Source: a virus
Lineage: Duplodnaviria; Heunggongvirae; Uroviricota; Caudoviricetes
IMG/VR virus record: IMGVR_UViG_2778261349_000009
Span: 1 to 14,711 of that record
Reading direction: 5' to 3' (one strand)
Length of the DNA stretch: 14,711 bases
The number at the start of each line of letters is the position of its first letter. The stretch's first letter is position 1. The notes beneath the pieces were generated by a model, which ran no database searches, had not been told where the DNA came from, and worked only from the letters and a program-made list of their open reading frames with translations. This document shows, piece after piece, positions 6,166 through 13,506 of this stretch. The position numbers and the translations under genes are program-made.

Positions 6166-6266
6166 ATACACATAAATATTAACTTGATTTTAGTGTATTC
6201 GATCCTTTTGAAACTTGCATGTTAATTTATTCTTGATGTATTCTTGATTTGTAAAGTTAATATTGG
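6166..6266. promoter_or_regulatory. Immunity-region operator/promoter cluster (OR/PR/PRM-like)
   Basis: Roughly 130-bp A/T-rich divergent intergenic region containing AACTTGATTTT (6181..6191), the direct repeat TATTCTTGAT twice (6228..6237 and 6239..6248, 11-bp period), inverted repeat TACAC…GTGTA (6166..6197) and several -10-like hexamers (TAATAT at 6258..6263). Exact PR and PRM hexamers could not be assigned unambiguously. Confidence 0.5.
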
Positions 6267-6275
6267 AGCTGTGCT

Positions 6276-6533
6276 GTGATAAAACTGAATGATTACGACA
6301 TGTTGCGTAAATTGATTCCTCAAAACGCCATAGCAAGATACATCGGTGTTACGCCACAAGCGGTGAACCTGTGGTTTTCTAAAAACTCCGTTCCTTCTCG
6401 TTTTGTTTTACGGGTGTGTGAATTAGTTGAATGGAAGGTTACTCCGCATGGGTTAAGACCTGATCTATACCCTTATCCCGAAGATGGAATTCCTGATTCG
6501 TTACGAAAATCAAACGGTATTACCAGAGATTAA
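6276..6533 (+). CDS. cro: Cro-like regulator (YdaS/Cro-type HTH)
   Basis: 85-aa ORF divergent from cI, GTG start with SD GGAG 7 nt upstream. Motif …AIARYIGVTPQAVNLWFSKNSVP…LRPDLYPYP is characteristic of the YdaS/Cro-type small HTH proteins of enterobacterial prophages. Confidence 0.7.
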   Translation: MIKLNDYDMLRKLIPQNAIARYIGVTPQAVNLWFSKNSVPSRFVLRVCELVEWKVTPHGLRPDLYPYPEDGIPDSLRKSNGITRD

Positions 6534-6555
6534 AGACTGACTGTCACGAGCAGTA

Positions 6556-6588
6556 ACTCACGATGCATACGTTTTGGCGTGAGTTTTG
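6556..6588 (+). terminator. Terminator/attenuator-like hairpin downstream of cro (tR1-like position)
   Basis: Inverted repeat ACTCACG…CGTGAGT followed by TTTT. The loop is long (15 nt), so strength is uncertain. Confidence 0.3.
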
Positions 6589-6614
6589 AAATGTCATCCT
6601 CAAGGAGCAATCAG

Positions 6615-7322
6615 ATGAATACCGCAATTTTTACCGATAAAGCATCCATGACCAGTATTGAGATAGCTGAGCTGGTGGGAAGCAGACCAGATAGTGTTAA
6701 GAGAACTATTGAAACACTGGCTAAAAAGGGAATCATCCAATTTCCACAGTCTGTGGAAATTGAGAATAAACAATCACTTGGCCCTCGCCGATTTTCTAGC
6801 GCGTATGTATTCGAAGGTGAACGAGGCAAACGCGACAGCATTATTGTTGTCGCACAGCTTTGCCCTGAATTCACTGCCCGCTTGGTAGATCGCTGGCGTG
6901 AACTGGAAGAACAAATCCGTAAACCGATGAGCCAGATCGAAATGGTTGCTGCAATGGCACTTGAAGCCGTTCGTCAACAAAGACGTCTTGAGCAGGTGGA
7001 AGAGAAAGTCACCCACGTTACTGAAACCGTCGAGAAAATCAAAAGAGGCACCATACGCGATGGTTATGCAGGCTACCGTCAGCTGGTGGCGAAAACGGGT
7101 ATGTCAGATGCGAAATGCCGCAATCTGGTGAACGCATATCAGATCCCTACCGATACCCATGAATTTATGACGCCGGATGGATTGTTGTCTCGTCGAGCGA
7201 TTGTTGCAGTAGAACCTTTCATGGCTGCTTTTCATCGCATGATGAGTGAAGCAGAGCCACGAGGTGCACGCTGGTATCACCCGAAAATGGGGTTGTTCCA
7301 GGCGCTGGGCTGGCAGGGGTAA
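6615..7322 (+). CDS. Putative phage regulatory protein with Rha/antirepressor-like N-terminal DNA-binding domain and coiled-coil middle
   Basis: Track ORF 6579..7322 trimmed to the ATG at 6615 (SD AAGGAG 7 nt upstream). N-terminus …ASMTSIEIAELVGSRPDSVKRTIETLAKKGIIQ… resembles the DNA-binding part of Rha/antirepressor-type proteins. Family assignment is tentative. Confidence 0.45.
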   Translation: MNTAIFTDKASMTSIEIAELVGSRPDSVKRTIETLAKKGIIQFPQSVEIENKQSLGPRRFSSAYVFEGERGKRDSIIVVAQLCPEFTARLVDRWRELEEQIRKPMSQIEMVAAMALEAVRQQRRLEQVEEKVTHVTETVEKIKRGTIRDGYAGYRQLVAKTGMSDAKCRNLVNAYQIPTDTHEFMTPDGLLSRRAIVAVEPFMAAFHRMMSEAEPRGARWYHPKMGLFQALGWQG

Positions 7323-7341
7323 TTATGCTCACAGGTAACAC

Positions 7342-7518
7342 ATGCAAGTACTCAATCGCTGGTTCCGTGATGGAAGGGGGCGTCGCGTCCACATTATACG
7401 CTGGGAGCCTGAAACACAGCGGGTTATTTACCTGCGTGATGGTTATCCGCATGAATGCTTCAGCCCGCTGTGGTTGTTTCGTCGTGATTTTGTTGAGTGC
7501 GAAGCGCCACCAACATAG
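7342..7518 (+). CDS. Small Trp/Arg-rich hypothetical protein (58 aa)
   Basis: Below the ORF-track cutoff; hand-translated: MQVLNRWFRDGRGRRVHIIRWEPETQRVIYLRDGYPHECFSPLWLFRRDFVECEAPPT. Composition is protein-like. SD weak (AGGT). Lies in a different frame from the overlapping 285-aa track ORF. Confidence 0.35.
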   Translation: MQVLNRWFRDGRGRRVHIIRWEPETQRVIYLRDGYPHECFSPLWLFRRDFVECEAPPT

Positions 7519-7630
7519 CGACTCTATATTTAACCTCGTTGACAACATTCAATTCTGGCGGCACACTTTACATATAGTGGCAAAATCCACTATCGGGAGT
7601 GAGACCCCGGAATTGATCGAGGCGACAAAC

Positions 7631-7650
7631 GACGCGCCAGCGTCTTTTTT
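7631..7650 (+). terminator. Candidate intrinsic terminator
   Basis: Stem gacgc / gcgtc with loop gcca, followed by TTTTTT. Confidence 0.35.
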
Positions 7651-7819
7651 GTTGTCAGTGCCTGCGCACGCCAAAATTATGGTGGGCTGGGCAGGGGAAC
7701 CGAAAGGTTCGCCGGTTTCCTTGATCGCCGGTAGTCTCAACCCTGTCCAGTCCGCCACCAGCGAGATTGAGACCTCCTGTGGTGGATATTGTCATTCACC
7801 GATCAAGGAGGCTGTCTTA

Positions 7820-8182
7820 ATGGCTACGATCCCCGCACATCCATATCTCAAAATCGAGGTCGTCAACGGCAGAGCCGTTATATTCTCCCTGTATGTCGCC
7901 TGTCACTTTAAGCGCATGCATAAGAATATCATCGATCGAATCGAATATCTCAACTGCTCACGCGAATTTCTCACCCGCAACTTTATTCCCGGCACTTATC
8001 GCGCCTATGGCGATTCAGTGCGTGGTTATTACATCACCCGTGATGGTCTGATGATGCTACAGCTTGGGTTAAGTCTGCGCACCATGCGGTACTACGAGAG
8101 CTGTATTGACGCACTCCATGAGGTTGAAACCGTCCAGGGTCACTCCGTGTCCCGTCGTAATCAACGGGAGGTACGCCCATGA
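7820..8182 (+). CDS. Rha family phage regulatory protein (120 aa)
   Basis: Internal ATG at 7820 of the 285-aa track ORF, with excellent SD AAGGAGG 8 nt upstream. Sequence …HFKRMHKNIIDRIEYLNCSREFLTRNFIPGTYRAYGDSVRGYYITRDGLMMLQLGLS… matches the conserved Rha-domain pattern (K.H.NVL.DI..L.CS.EF...NF....Y.D..G...Y.ITRDGF..L). Confidence 0.7.
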   Translation: MATIPAHPYLKIEVVNGRAVIFSLYVACHFKRMHKNIIDRIEYLNCSREFLTRNFIPGTYRAYGDSVRGYYITRDGLMMLQLGLSLRTMRYYESCIDALHEVETVQGHSVSRRNQREVRP

Positions 8183-8373
8183 TTAGTTACGAAATCATCA
8201 TCTCCACTGCGGAATACAGAAACGATGTATCAGTTCGCACGGATGTATCTGTCTGGCACCGTCGCTATAAATCCAGAAAAACGGCAGAACTGAAAGCGGC
8301 AGAGATGTGTGAAACCATCTCAATGAAAGGTAGCCCGGTTAAATACGTAACTACGGCGGAGGTGCGTCCATGA
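8179..8373 (+). CDS. Hypothetical small protein (64 aa)
   Basis: Start overlaps the stop of the Rha gene (ATGA), implying translational coupling. No recognisable motif. Confidence 0.45.
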   Translation: MISYEIIISTAEYRNDVSVRTDVSVWHRRYKSRKTAELKAAEMCETISMKGSPVKYVTTAEVRP

Positions 8374-8594
8374 TCCGCCACATCGTTAATTTCCTGTATC
8401 ACCGATACAACCATTGCCCCCGTGTGGGGCAGTGGTTCACCACCAGCAATGGACACGTTCTGCGGGTTTGCCTGGTCAATACAGAAAGCCAGAAGGTTGT
8501 CTGCCAGGTTCAGGGACGTACTCATACCCTGAGTTATCCGCTGGTGGCGTTTCAGTCCGGAAAAATGTTTAAGCGTCTGGGAGGTGCCGTGTGA
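8370..8594 (+). CDS. Hypothetical small protein (74 aa), Cys/His-containing
   Basis: ATGA overlap with the upstream ORF. Contains H..H.C…C…C spacing that could bind zinc. No family recognised. Confidence 0.45.
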   Translation: MIRHIVNFLYHRYNHCPRVGQWFTTSNGHVLRVCLVNTESQKVVCQVQGRTHTLSYPLVAFQSGKMFKRLGGAV

Positions 8595-8917
8595 TTTGTA
8601 AATTAACGCCTGAAAAAAAAGCGCTCAATAAGAGTTCAAGGCTGCTTTTATCTTATTTGCAAAATGCTTCAGGTGAGCAGGGTTTTGTGGAAATTTCTCT
8701 TCTGGAATTGTCCGCAGCTCTTGGCTTATGCCGTAACACAATCACAAACGCTACGGCATTACTCGAAGATCTTGGCGTTGTCACTGTTTCCAGGGGGAGA
8801 AGGAATAAAACGAAAAGTGGAAAGGAAAGTGCAGGGAAAAATATTTACAGGTTGATCCAGTCAGCGACCAATAATAAGGACTACGCCATAGTCATGCCGC
8901 GTAAGGAGGTCGTATGA
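8591..8917 (+). CDS. Putative HTH/winged-helix DNA-binding protein (108 aa)
   Basis: GTG start overlapping the upstream stop (GTGA). HTH-like segment …FVEISLLELSAALGLCRNTITNATALLEDLGVVTV… Contains an A8 homopolymer at 8616..8623 within codons 8-10. Confidence 0.5.
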   Translation: MICKLTPEKKALNKSSRLLLSYLQNASGEQGFVEISLLELSAALGLCRNTITNATALLEDLGVVTVSRGRRNKTKSGKESAGKNIYRLIQSATNNKDYAIVMPRKEVV

Positions 8918-9906
8918 GTCGTTACGCTCCTACACCGGAGGTTATGGCTATTGGTCAAATTAATATTTCCGGCAATGTCACACCGCCATCCTGGTGGAAA
9001 CATATCCAGCTACCCAGTGGGCGTCCAGATGCGACTGCCATTGCGCTGCTTTCAGAGATTGTTTACTGGTATCGCCCGACAGAAGTCAGGGATGAGCATA
9101 CAGGGGCTTTACTGGGATATCGCAAGCGTTTTCAGAGTGACAAGCTGCAAAGAAGCTATCAGGCGTTTGCTGAGCAGTTTGGCTTTGGGAAAAGGGAAAC
9201 CGCAGATGCGCTGAAGCGTCTTCGTGATGCCGGGTTTATTACTCTGGATTTACGCACGGTGGAAATGCTCGATGGGGTGAAATGCAGCAATATTTTGTTT
9301 GTCGGGATCAACCCACAGGCAATTGCTGCCATCACCACACCTTCTTCTGTTTCGCCAGAAAGTAACAGCAATAATGCAATCAGCGATACAGCTATTACGT
9401 TAAAACGGAACACCCCCCAACGTCATAACGGAACAGGGGATACGCCGAATGTTGATACAAATACAGAGATTACTACAGAGATTACAACGGAGACTAAAAA
9501 CACTATTGGCGCATCCGCTGACGCGTCTGCACCAGCGCGTTCTGCCAGACAGGAATATTCACCGGAATTTGAGCAGGCCTGGCAGGAATACCCCAAACGT
9601 GCTGGTGGTAATTCCAAGTCAGCAGCTTTCAAAGCCTGGAAAGCCCGAATCAGGGAAGGTGTGACACCAGAAACCATGCTCAACGGTGTGAAACGCTATG
9701 CCGCCTGGGTGCGTGTCTCAGGAAATATCGGCACCCAGTTTGTGAAGCAGGCGTCGACGTTCTTTGGCCCCGATCGACACTTTGACGAATCCTGGCAACA
9801 GCCTGCCGTTCCCGGAGGTGGGCGGCAAAGACAGGTCGATGTTCTGTCTGGCCTTGGTGCCATGTCTGACAAATTCGGTAAATCCAGCGACAAACTGACA
9901 TTCTGA
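8914..9906 (+). CDS. Replication initiation protein (lambda O-like role; N-terminal winged-helix, C-terminal domain, linker with tandem repeats)
   Basis: 330-aa ORF immediately upstream of and coupled to the DnaC-like gene. N-terminal DNA-binding-like domain, low-complexity linker (…DTNTEITTEITTETKNT…), conserved-looking C-terminal domain (…EYSPEFEQAWQEYPKRAGGNSKSAAFKAWKARI…FDESWQ). Function inferred from position and architecture. Confidence 0.6.
   Translation: MSRYAPTPEVMAIGQINISGNVTPPSWWKHIQLPSGRPDATAIALLSEIVYWYRPTEVRDEHTGALLGYRKRFQSDKLQRSYQAFAEQFGFGKRETADALKRLRDAGFITLDLRTVEMLDGVKCSNILFVGINPQAIAAITTPSSVSPESNSNNAISDTAITLKRNTPQRHNGTGDTPNVDTNTEITTEITTETKNTIGASADASAPARSARQEYSPEFEQAWQEYPKRAGGNSKSAAFKAWKARIREGVTPETMLNGVKRYAAWVRVSGNIGTQFVKQASTFFGPDRHFDESWQQPAVPGGGRQRQVDVLSGLGAMSDKFGKSSDKLTF
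9461..9496. repeat. Iteron-like tandem repeats inside the initiator gene (candidate ori)
   Basis: Imperfect 12-bp tandem repeats starting at 9462 (acagagattact, acagagattaca, acggagact), in the interdomain linker of the initiator gene, the same location as ori-lambda iterons within gene O. Confidence 0.4.
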
Positions 9907-9916
9907 GGTGACAGCG

Positions 9917-10795
9917 ATGATGACGTTTAACCTGCGTGAACAACAAACAAGACTACAGGCGCGGATGGATGAGTTACGGGCAGAGATTGCATTTGCTCAG
10001 AAGGGCGAAAAACCATGGCCTTATCGTTCCTGCTGGATGCGTGAAGGGCGCGGGTGTTGCGAAAAACATGGCGAATACCACACACATATTCTGGTGTGGA
10101 GCGATCGTAATGGCGAGGACAGAGAAAAAATTTCATGCTGCCCTGACTGCTTGATAGCTGAGGCCAACGATTTGACCATGGAGCTGTCGTCCCTCAAGGC
10201 GGAAGAACTGACTGATAACGCCGGAATTGCTCTGCGTTTTCGGGACTGCGAGTTTGATAATTATCTGGAGGTTAATCCTGACGCAGCCAGAAATCTTGCG
10301 GCCTGTCGCCGCTATGCGGAGAACTGGCCAGATATGCTGGAGAACGGTACCAGTCTTGTTATGACCGGCAGTTGCGGTACCGGGAAAAATCATCTGGCGG
10401 TATCAATGGCAAAACACATCATCCGTAACTATCTGGCCAGTGTGGAGATCACCGACGTGATGCGCCTTACCCGTGCTGTGAAAAACTGCTGGCGGAATGA
10501 CAGTGAAAAAACAGCGGATGACGTCATTGAGCATTATGCGTCACTGGATTTGCTGATCATCGACGAAGTCGGCGTTCAGTTTGGCAGTGCGGCTGAAATG
10601 GCCATTTTGCAGGAAATTATCAATGCCCGGTATGAGGGTATTTTGCCAACTATCTTGATCAGCAACCTTTCACCGGAAGAATTGTGGGCGTTCATCAGTC
10701 CCCGGATTGCCGACAGGATCACCAATGGCGGGCGCAACTGGTTGTCGTTTAACTGGCCCAGCTACCGTTCTCGTATCGGAGGTGTTGCCGCATGA
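9917..10795 (+). CDS. DnaC/IstB-like AAA+ helicase loader with N-terminal Cys/His cluster
   Basis: Walker A (GSCGTGKNHLAVSMAKH) and Walker B (LLIIDEVG). N-terminal CWMREGRGCCEKHGEYHTHILVW…CCPDC is zinc-ribbon-like. Start set to the ATG at 9917 (SD GAGGTG 7 nt upstream) rather than the GTG at 9908. Confidence 0.85.
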   Translation: MMTFNLREQQTRLQARMDELRAEIAFAQKGEKPWPYRSCWMREGRGCCEKHGEYHTHILVWSDRNGEDREKISCCPDCLIAEANDLTMELSSLKAEELTDNAGIALRFRDCEFDNYLEVNPDAARNLAACRRYAENWPDMLENGTSLVMTGSCGTGKNHLAVSMAKHIIRNYLASVEITDVMRLTRAVKNCWRNDSEKTADDVIEHYASLDLLIIDEVGVQFGSAAEMAILQEIINARYEGILPTILISNLSPEELWAFISPRIADRITNGGRNWLSFNWPSYRSRIGGVAA

Positions 10796-12192
10796 CCAGC
10801 CAGAACACCCCGGCATGGCGTAACGATGACCTGGAAGGCGCTGTCATTGGCGCGTTTTTTCTGCGTGGGGCTGATCCGGAAGTGATGGATATTCTGGCCA
10901 CATTGTCGGCGGACGTTTTTTCTGCACGACAGTACCGGGATATTTACGCGGGAATTTGCAGACAGGCCCGTGTATCCGGCGTCATTGACCCCGTACTGCT
11001 GTGCAATGAGATGCCGGAACTTGCCCCGGTGATTACCGACACCGGACGCAAAACCTGGGTGAAGTCTTCACTGGAGCACTATGTCGCAGCGTTGCGGCGT
11101 AATGCCGCACTGCGCGATGCAGAAAAAACACTGACTGAAGCATTACAGAATTTACGTGATGCGTATACCTGTGAAGCAGCCGAGGATGCCCTGAAGGATG
11201 CGCAGAACATGATGGCCTCACTGTCGACCGGAAAGGGCGTCATTCAGCCGGTTCACATTGATGATGTCCTTCCGGAAGTGGTCGACCGTGTTGAATGCCG
11301 CAATCAGGGACTGGAGAAATCCAGGGCGCTGATGACCGGTATTGATGAACTGGACGCAAAAACGGGCGGTATGGAGCCAGGCGACCTGGTATTCATTGCG
11401 GCTCGTCCTTCGATGGGGAAAACCGAACTTGCGCTGGATATCATCGACAAGGTGACTGAGCAGGGGCATGGCGTGCTTCTGTTCACCATGGAGATGGCGA
11501 ACATCCAGATTGGTGAACGTATGGTGTCTGCAGCAGGGGGAATGCCGGTATCCCGTCTTAAGTCTGTTGCCCGTTTTGAAGACGAAGACTGGGCACGTTT
11601 CTCACAGGGCGTGGGACGAATGACGGGGCGTAATATCTGGATGGTGGACCAGGCAAACCTGACCATTGATGAGATATGTGCAACCACGAGGCACCACCGG
11701 ATGAAACACCCGGAAACGGCGCTGGTGGTGGTCGATTACCTCGGCCTGATTAAAACCCGCAGCACGGGGCGTCACGACCTTGCTGTGGGGGAAATCTCAA
11801 AGGGACTAAAAAGCCTGGCAAAATCCGGCGGTTTTCCGCTGATTGCTCTGAGCCAGCTCTCCCGCGGTGTGGAATCCAGACCCAATAAACGCCCCATGAA
11901 CTCGGACCTGAAAAACTCAGGGGAAATAGAGGCGGATGCAGACATCATTCTGATGCTTTACAGGGATGAGGTGTACAACCCGGAGACACAGGCGAGAGGC
12001 ATAGCAGAAATCAACATCACGAAACAGCGTAATGGCACGCTGGGTACCATTTACCGGCGTTTTCATAACGGGCATTTTCTGCCTGTGGACCAGGAGAGTG
12101 CCCGGATTCTTTCCACTCCCATGACGCCGGGCAATCCGCGCAGATACAGCAATAACCGCATGTCGGGTAGTAAAACGGAGCGTTTATTTTGA
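10792..12192 (+). CDS. DnaB-type replicative DNA helicase (phage-encoded)
   Basis: 466-aa ORF. Walker A (IAARPSMGKTELALDI), Walker B (VVVDYLGLI), RecA-like C-terminal motifs (SQLSRGVESRPNKRPMNSDLKNSGEIEADADIILMLYRDEVY; ITKQRNGTLG). ATGA overlap with the loader gene. Confidence 0.9.
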   Translation: MTSQNTPAWRNDDLEGAVIGAFFLRGADPEVMDILATLSADVFSARQYRDIYAGICRQARVSGVIDPVLLCNEMPELAPVITDTGRKTWVKSSLEHYVAALRRNAALRDAEKTLTEALQNLRDAYTCEAAEDALKDAQNMMASLSTGKGVIQPVHIDDVLPEVVDRVECRNQGLEKSRALMTGIDELDAKTGGMEPGDLVFIAARPSMGKTELALDIIDKVTEQGHGVLLFTMEMANIQIGERMVSAAGGMPVSRLKSVARFEDEDWARFSQGVGRMTGRNIWMVDQANLTIDEICATTRHHRMKHPETALVVVDYLGLIKTRSTGRHDLAVGEISKGLKSLAKSGGFPLIALSQLSRGVESRPNKRPMNSDLKNSGEIEADADIILMLYRDEVYNPETQARGIAEINITKQRNGTLGTIYRRFHNGHFLPVDQESARILSTPMTPGNPRRYSNNRMSGSKTERLF

Positions 12193-12446
12193 ACAACAGA
12201 ACAACCACTGTTTCACCGGAACAACTTCGTCGGCAGGCGCAGGAGATGCTTCGTTGTGCTGAACAGATGGAAAAAACGAGCGTGGCAAAAGATACGCTCC
12301 GCAAGCAGCTTACTCCGGCGCTTCGTGATCTGCTGCAGGCAAAACACCGCACACAAAAGGCGGTGGATGAGCTGGTGGATTGCGTGGCGGAACTGGAAGG
12401 CCAGGTAAGCCAGTTTGAAACGCTGGTGAAGGAGTTTACTGCGTGA
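12189..12446 (+). CDS. Hypothetical coiled-coil protein (85 aa)
   Basis: ORF beginning with TTG overlapping the helicase stop (TTGA). Predicted helical/coiled-coil composition. Start codon uncertain. Confidence 0.4.
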   Translation: MNNRTTTVSPEQLRRQAQEMLRCAEQMEKTSVAKDTLRKQLTPALRDLLQAKHRTQKAVDELVDCVAELEGQVSQFETLVKEFTA

Positions 12447-12492
12447 TGGCTGAATTTTTTTCTCCTGCGTTCATGCAATACCGTTCGCTGAG

Positions 12493-13488
12493 GTGACCGT
12501 GAGAGCACTGCTGACCCCTGAAATTGCCCCGCGTATGGGGATCGTCTTGTTCAGACCAGGTTCAGAGCTGATGCCCCTGTTTATGCAGGGACGTGTCCTG
12601 CTGGAGCCTGAGCCGGAACGCTATTCATCTTTTGCCAGTGGTGCCGTTCCGGCGGCATCACAACCGTTAGCGGATGATCCTGCCGTTCGGGCCGTGTTCC
12701 GCAATGAGGCAGTTATTCGTCGTGCTGGTGGCGTGGAATGTCTTGAAAGCTGGTTACTTCGTGAAAAGGGCTGTCAGTGGCCTCATTCCGGATGGCACAG
12801 CGAGAACATGACCACAATGCGGCACGCGCCGGGCGCAATCCGTCTGTGCTGGCACTGCGATAACCAGCTGCGCGATCAGTTCACGGAACGGCTGGAATCA
12901 ATGGCAACGGATAACTGTGCCCGCTGGGTGTTGTCTGTTGTGCGCCGTGATCTTGGTTTTGATGACAGTCACGTTGTGACAATGCCAGAACTGTGCTGGT
13001 GGCTGGTTCGTAATGACCTGGCGGATGCCTTACCGGAAAGTGCAGCCCGTAAGGCCCTGAGATTACCGAAGCCTGTTTTGCCGTCTGTCACCCGGGAGAG
13101 TGACCTTGTGCCTTCGGTTCCTGCCACCAGCATTATCCAGGATAAAGCGAAAAAGGTGCTGGCGCTGAAAGTGGATCCGGAGTCGCCGGAGTCTTTTATG
13201 TTACGCCCCAAACGTCGTCGCTGGGTTAATGAAAAGTACACGCGCTGGGTTAAGACGCAGCCGTGTGCATGTTGTGGTAAGCCAGCCGACGATCCGCATC
13301 ACCTGATTGGTCATGGTCAGGGTGGAATGGGTACAAAAGCGCATGACCTTTTTGTGTTGCCTTTGTGCAGAAAACACCATGACGAACTGCATGCGGATAC
13401 CGTGGCATTTGAAGAGAAGTATGGTTCCCAACTGGAGCTGATATTTCGTTTTATCGATCGCGCACTGGCGATTGGTGTGCTGTCCTGA
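12493..13488 (+). CDS. DUF968-like protein with C-terminal HNH-like zinc-binding motif (nin-region protein)
   Basis: C-terminal …WVKTQPCACCGKPADDPHHLIGHGQGGMGTKAHDLFVLPLCRKHHDELH… (CxCC…HH…H…C..HH), as seen in DUF968 proteins encoded just upstream of Q in enterobacterial prophages. GTG start without a clear SD; true start uncertain. Confidence 0.55.
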   Translation: MTVRALLTPEIAPRMGIVLFRPGSELMPLFMQGRVLLEPEPERYSSFASGAVPAASQPLADDPAVRAVFRNEAVIRRAGGVECLESWLLREKGCQWPHSGWHSENMTTMRHAPGAIRLCWHCDNQLRDQFTERLESMATDNCARWVLSVVRRDLGFDDSHVVTMPELCWWLVRNDLADALPESAARKALRLPKPVLPSVTRESDLVPSVPATSIIQDKAKKVLALKVDPESPESFMLRPKRRRWVNEKYTRWVKTQPCACCGKPADDPHHLIGHGQGGMGTKAHDLFVLPLCRKHHDELHADTVAFEEKYGSQLELIFRFIDRALAIGVLS

Positions 13489-13506
13489 TTTTTGTGGAGA
13501 AAGTTG

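Noticed and set aside
6611-7016. Minus-strand ORFs 6611..6874 and 6774..7016, and plus-strand ORFs 6694..6888 and 6946..7131
   Set aside because: Antisense or alternate-frame ORFs inside the 6615..7322 gene, which has a strong SD and a coherent domain structure.
7219-7758. Minus-strand ORFs of 109 and 69 aa
   Set aside because: They oppose the rightward early transcription unit, lack SDs and have no motifs. The region is better explained by the 58-aa plus-strand ORF and intergenic regulatory sequence. A minus-strand small gene cannot be fully excluded.
7325-8182. 285-aa track ORF taken as a single gene
   Set aside because: Its first 165 codons or so have atypical composition and no SD. An internal ATG at 7820 has a strong AAGGAGG SD and begins a clear Rha-domain protein. 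The upstream part is better explained by a separate 58-aa ORF in another frame, a terminator-like hairpin and non-coding sequence.
8951-9946. Multiple alternate-frame and antisense ORFs (8951..9214, 9159..9413, 9423..9683, 9449..9664, 9680..9946, 9696..9893) within the initiator gene
   Set aside because: All nested in the 330-aa initiator CDS, which is coupled to the DnaC-like gene. Arg/Pro/Ser-rich artefactual translations.
9927-10393. ORFs 9927..10136 (-), 9936..10154 (+) and 10133..10393 (-) inside the loader gene
   Set aside because: Embedded in the DnaC/IstB-like CDS with clear Walker motifs in the chosen frame.
12446-12496. Short ATG-initiated mini-ORF (about 16 codons) overlapping the DUF968 start, considered as a frameshifted true N-terminus
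   Set aside because: No evidence of a frameshift. More likely a chance ORF or upstream leader. The true start of the DUF968-like gene remains uncertain.
11033-12508. Minus-strand ORFs inside or overlapping the helicase gene (11033..11221, 11218..11469, 11304..11687, 12017..12508)
   Set aside because: Antisense to the DnaB-type helicase and the following small gene. Low-complexity Ser/Arg-rich translations.
12969-13431. Minus-strand ORFs 12969..13241 and 13201..13431
   Set aside because: Antisense to the DUF968-like gene, whose C-terminal Cys/His motif supports the plus-strand frame.
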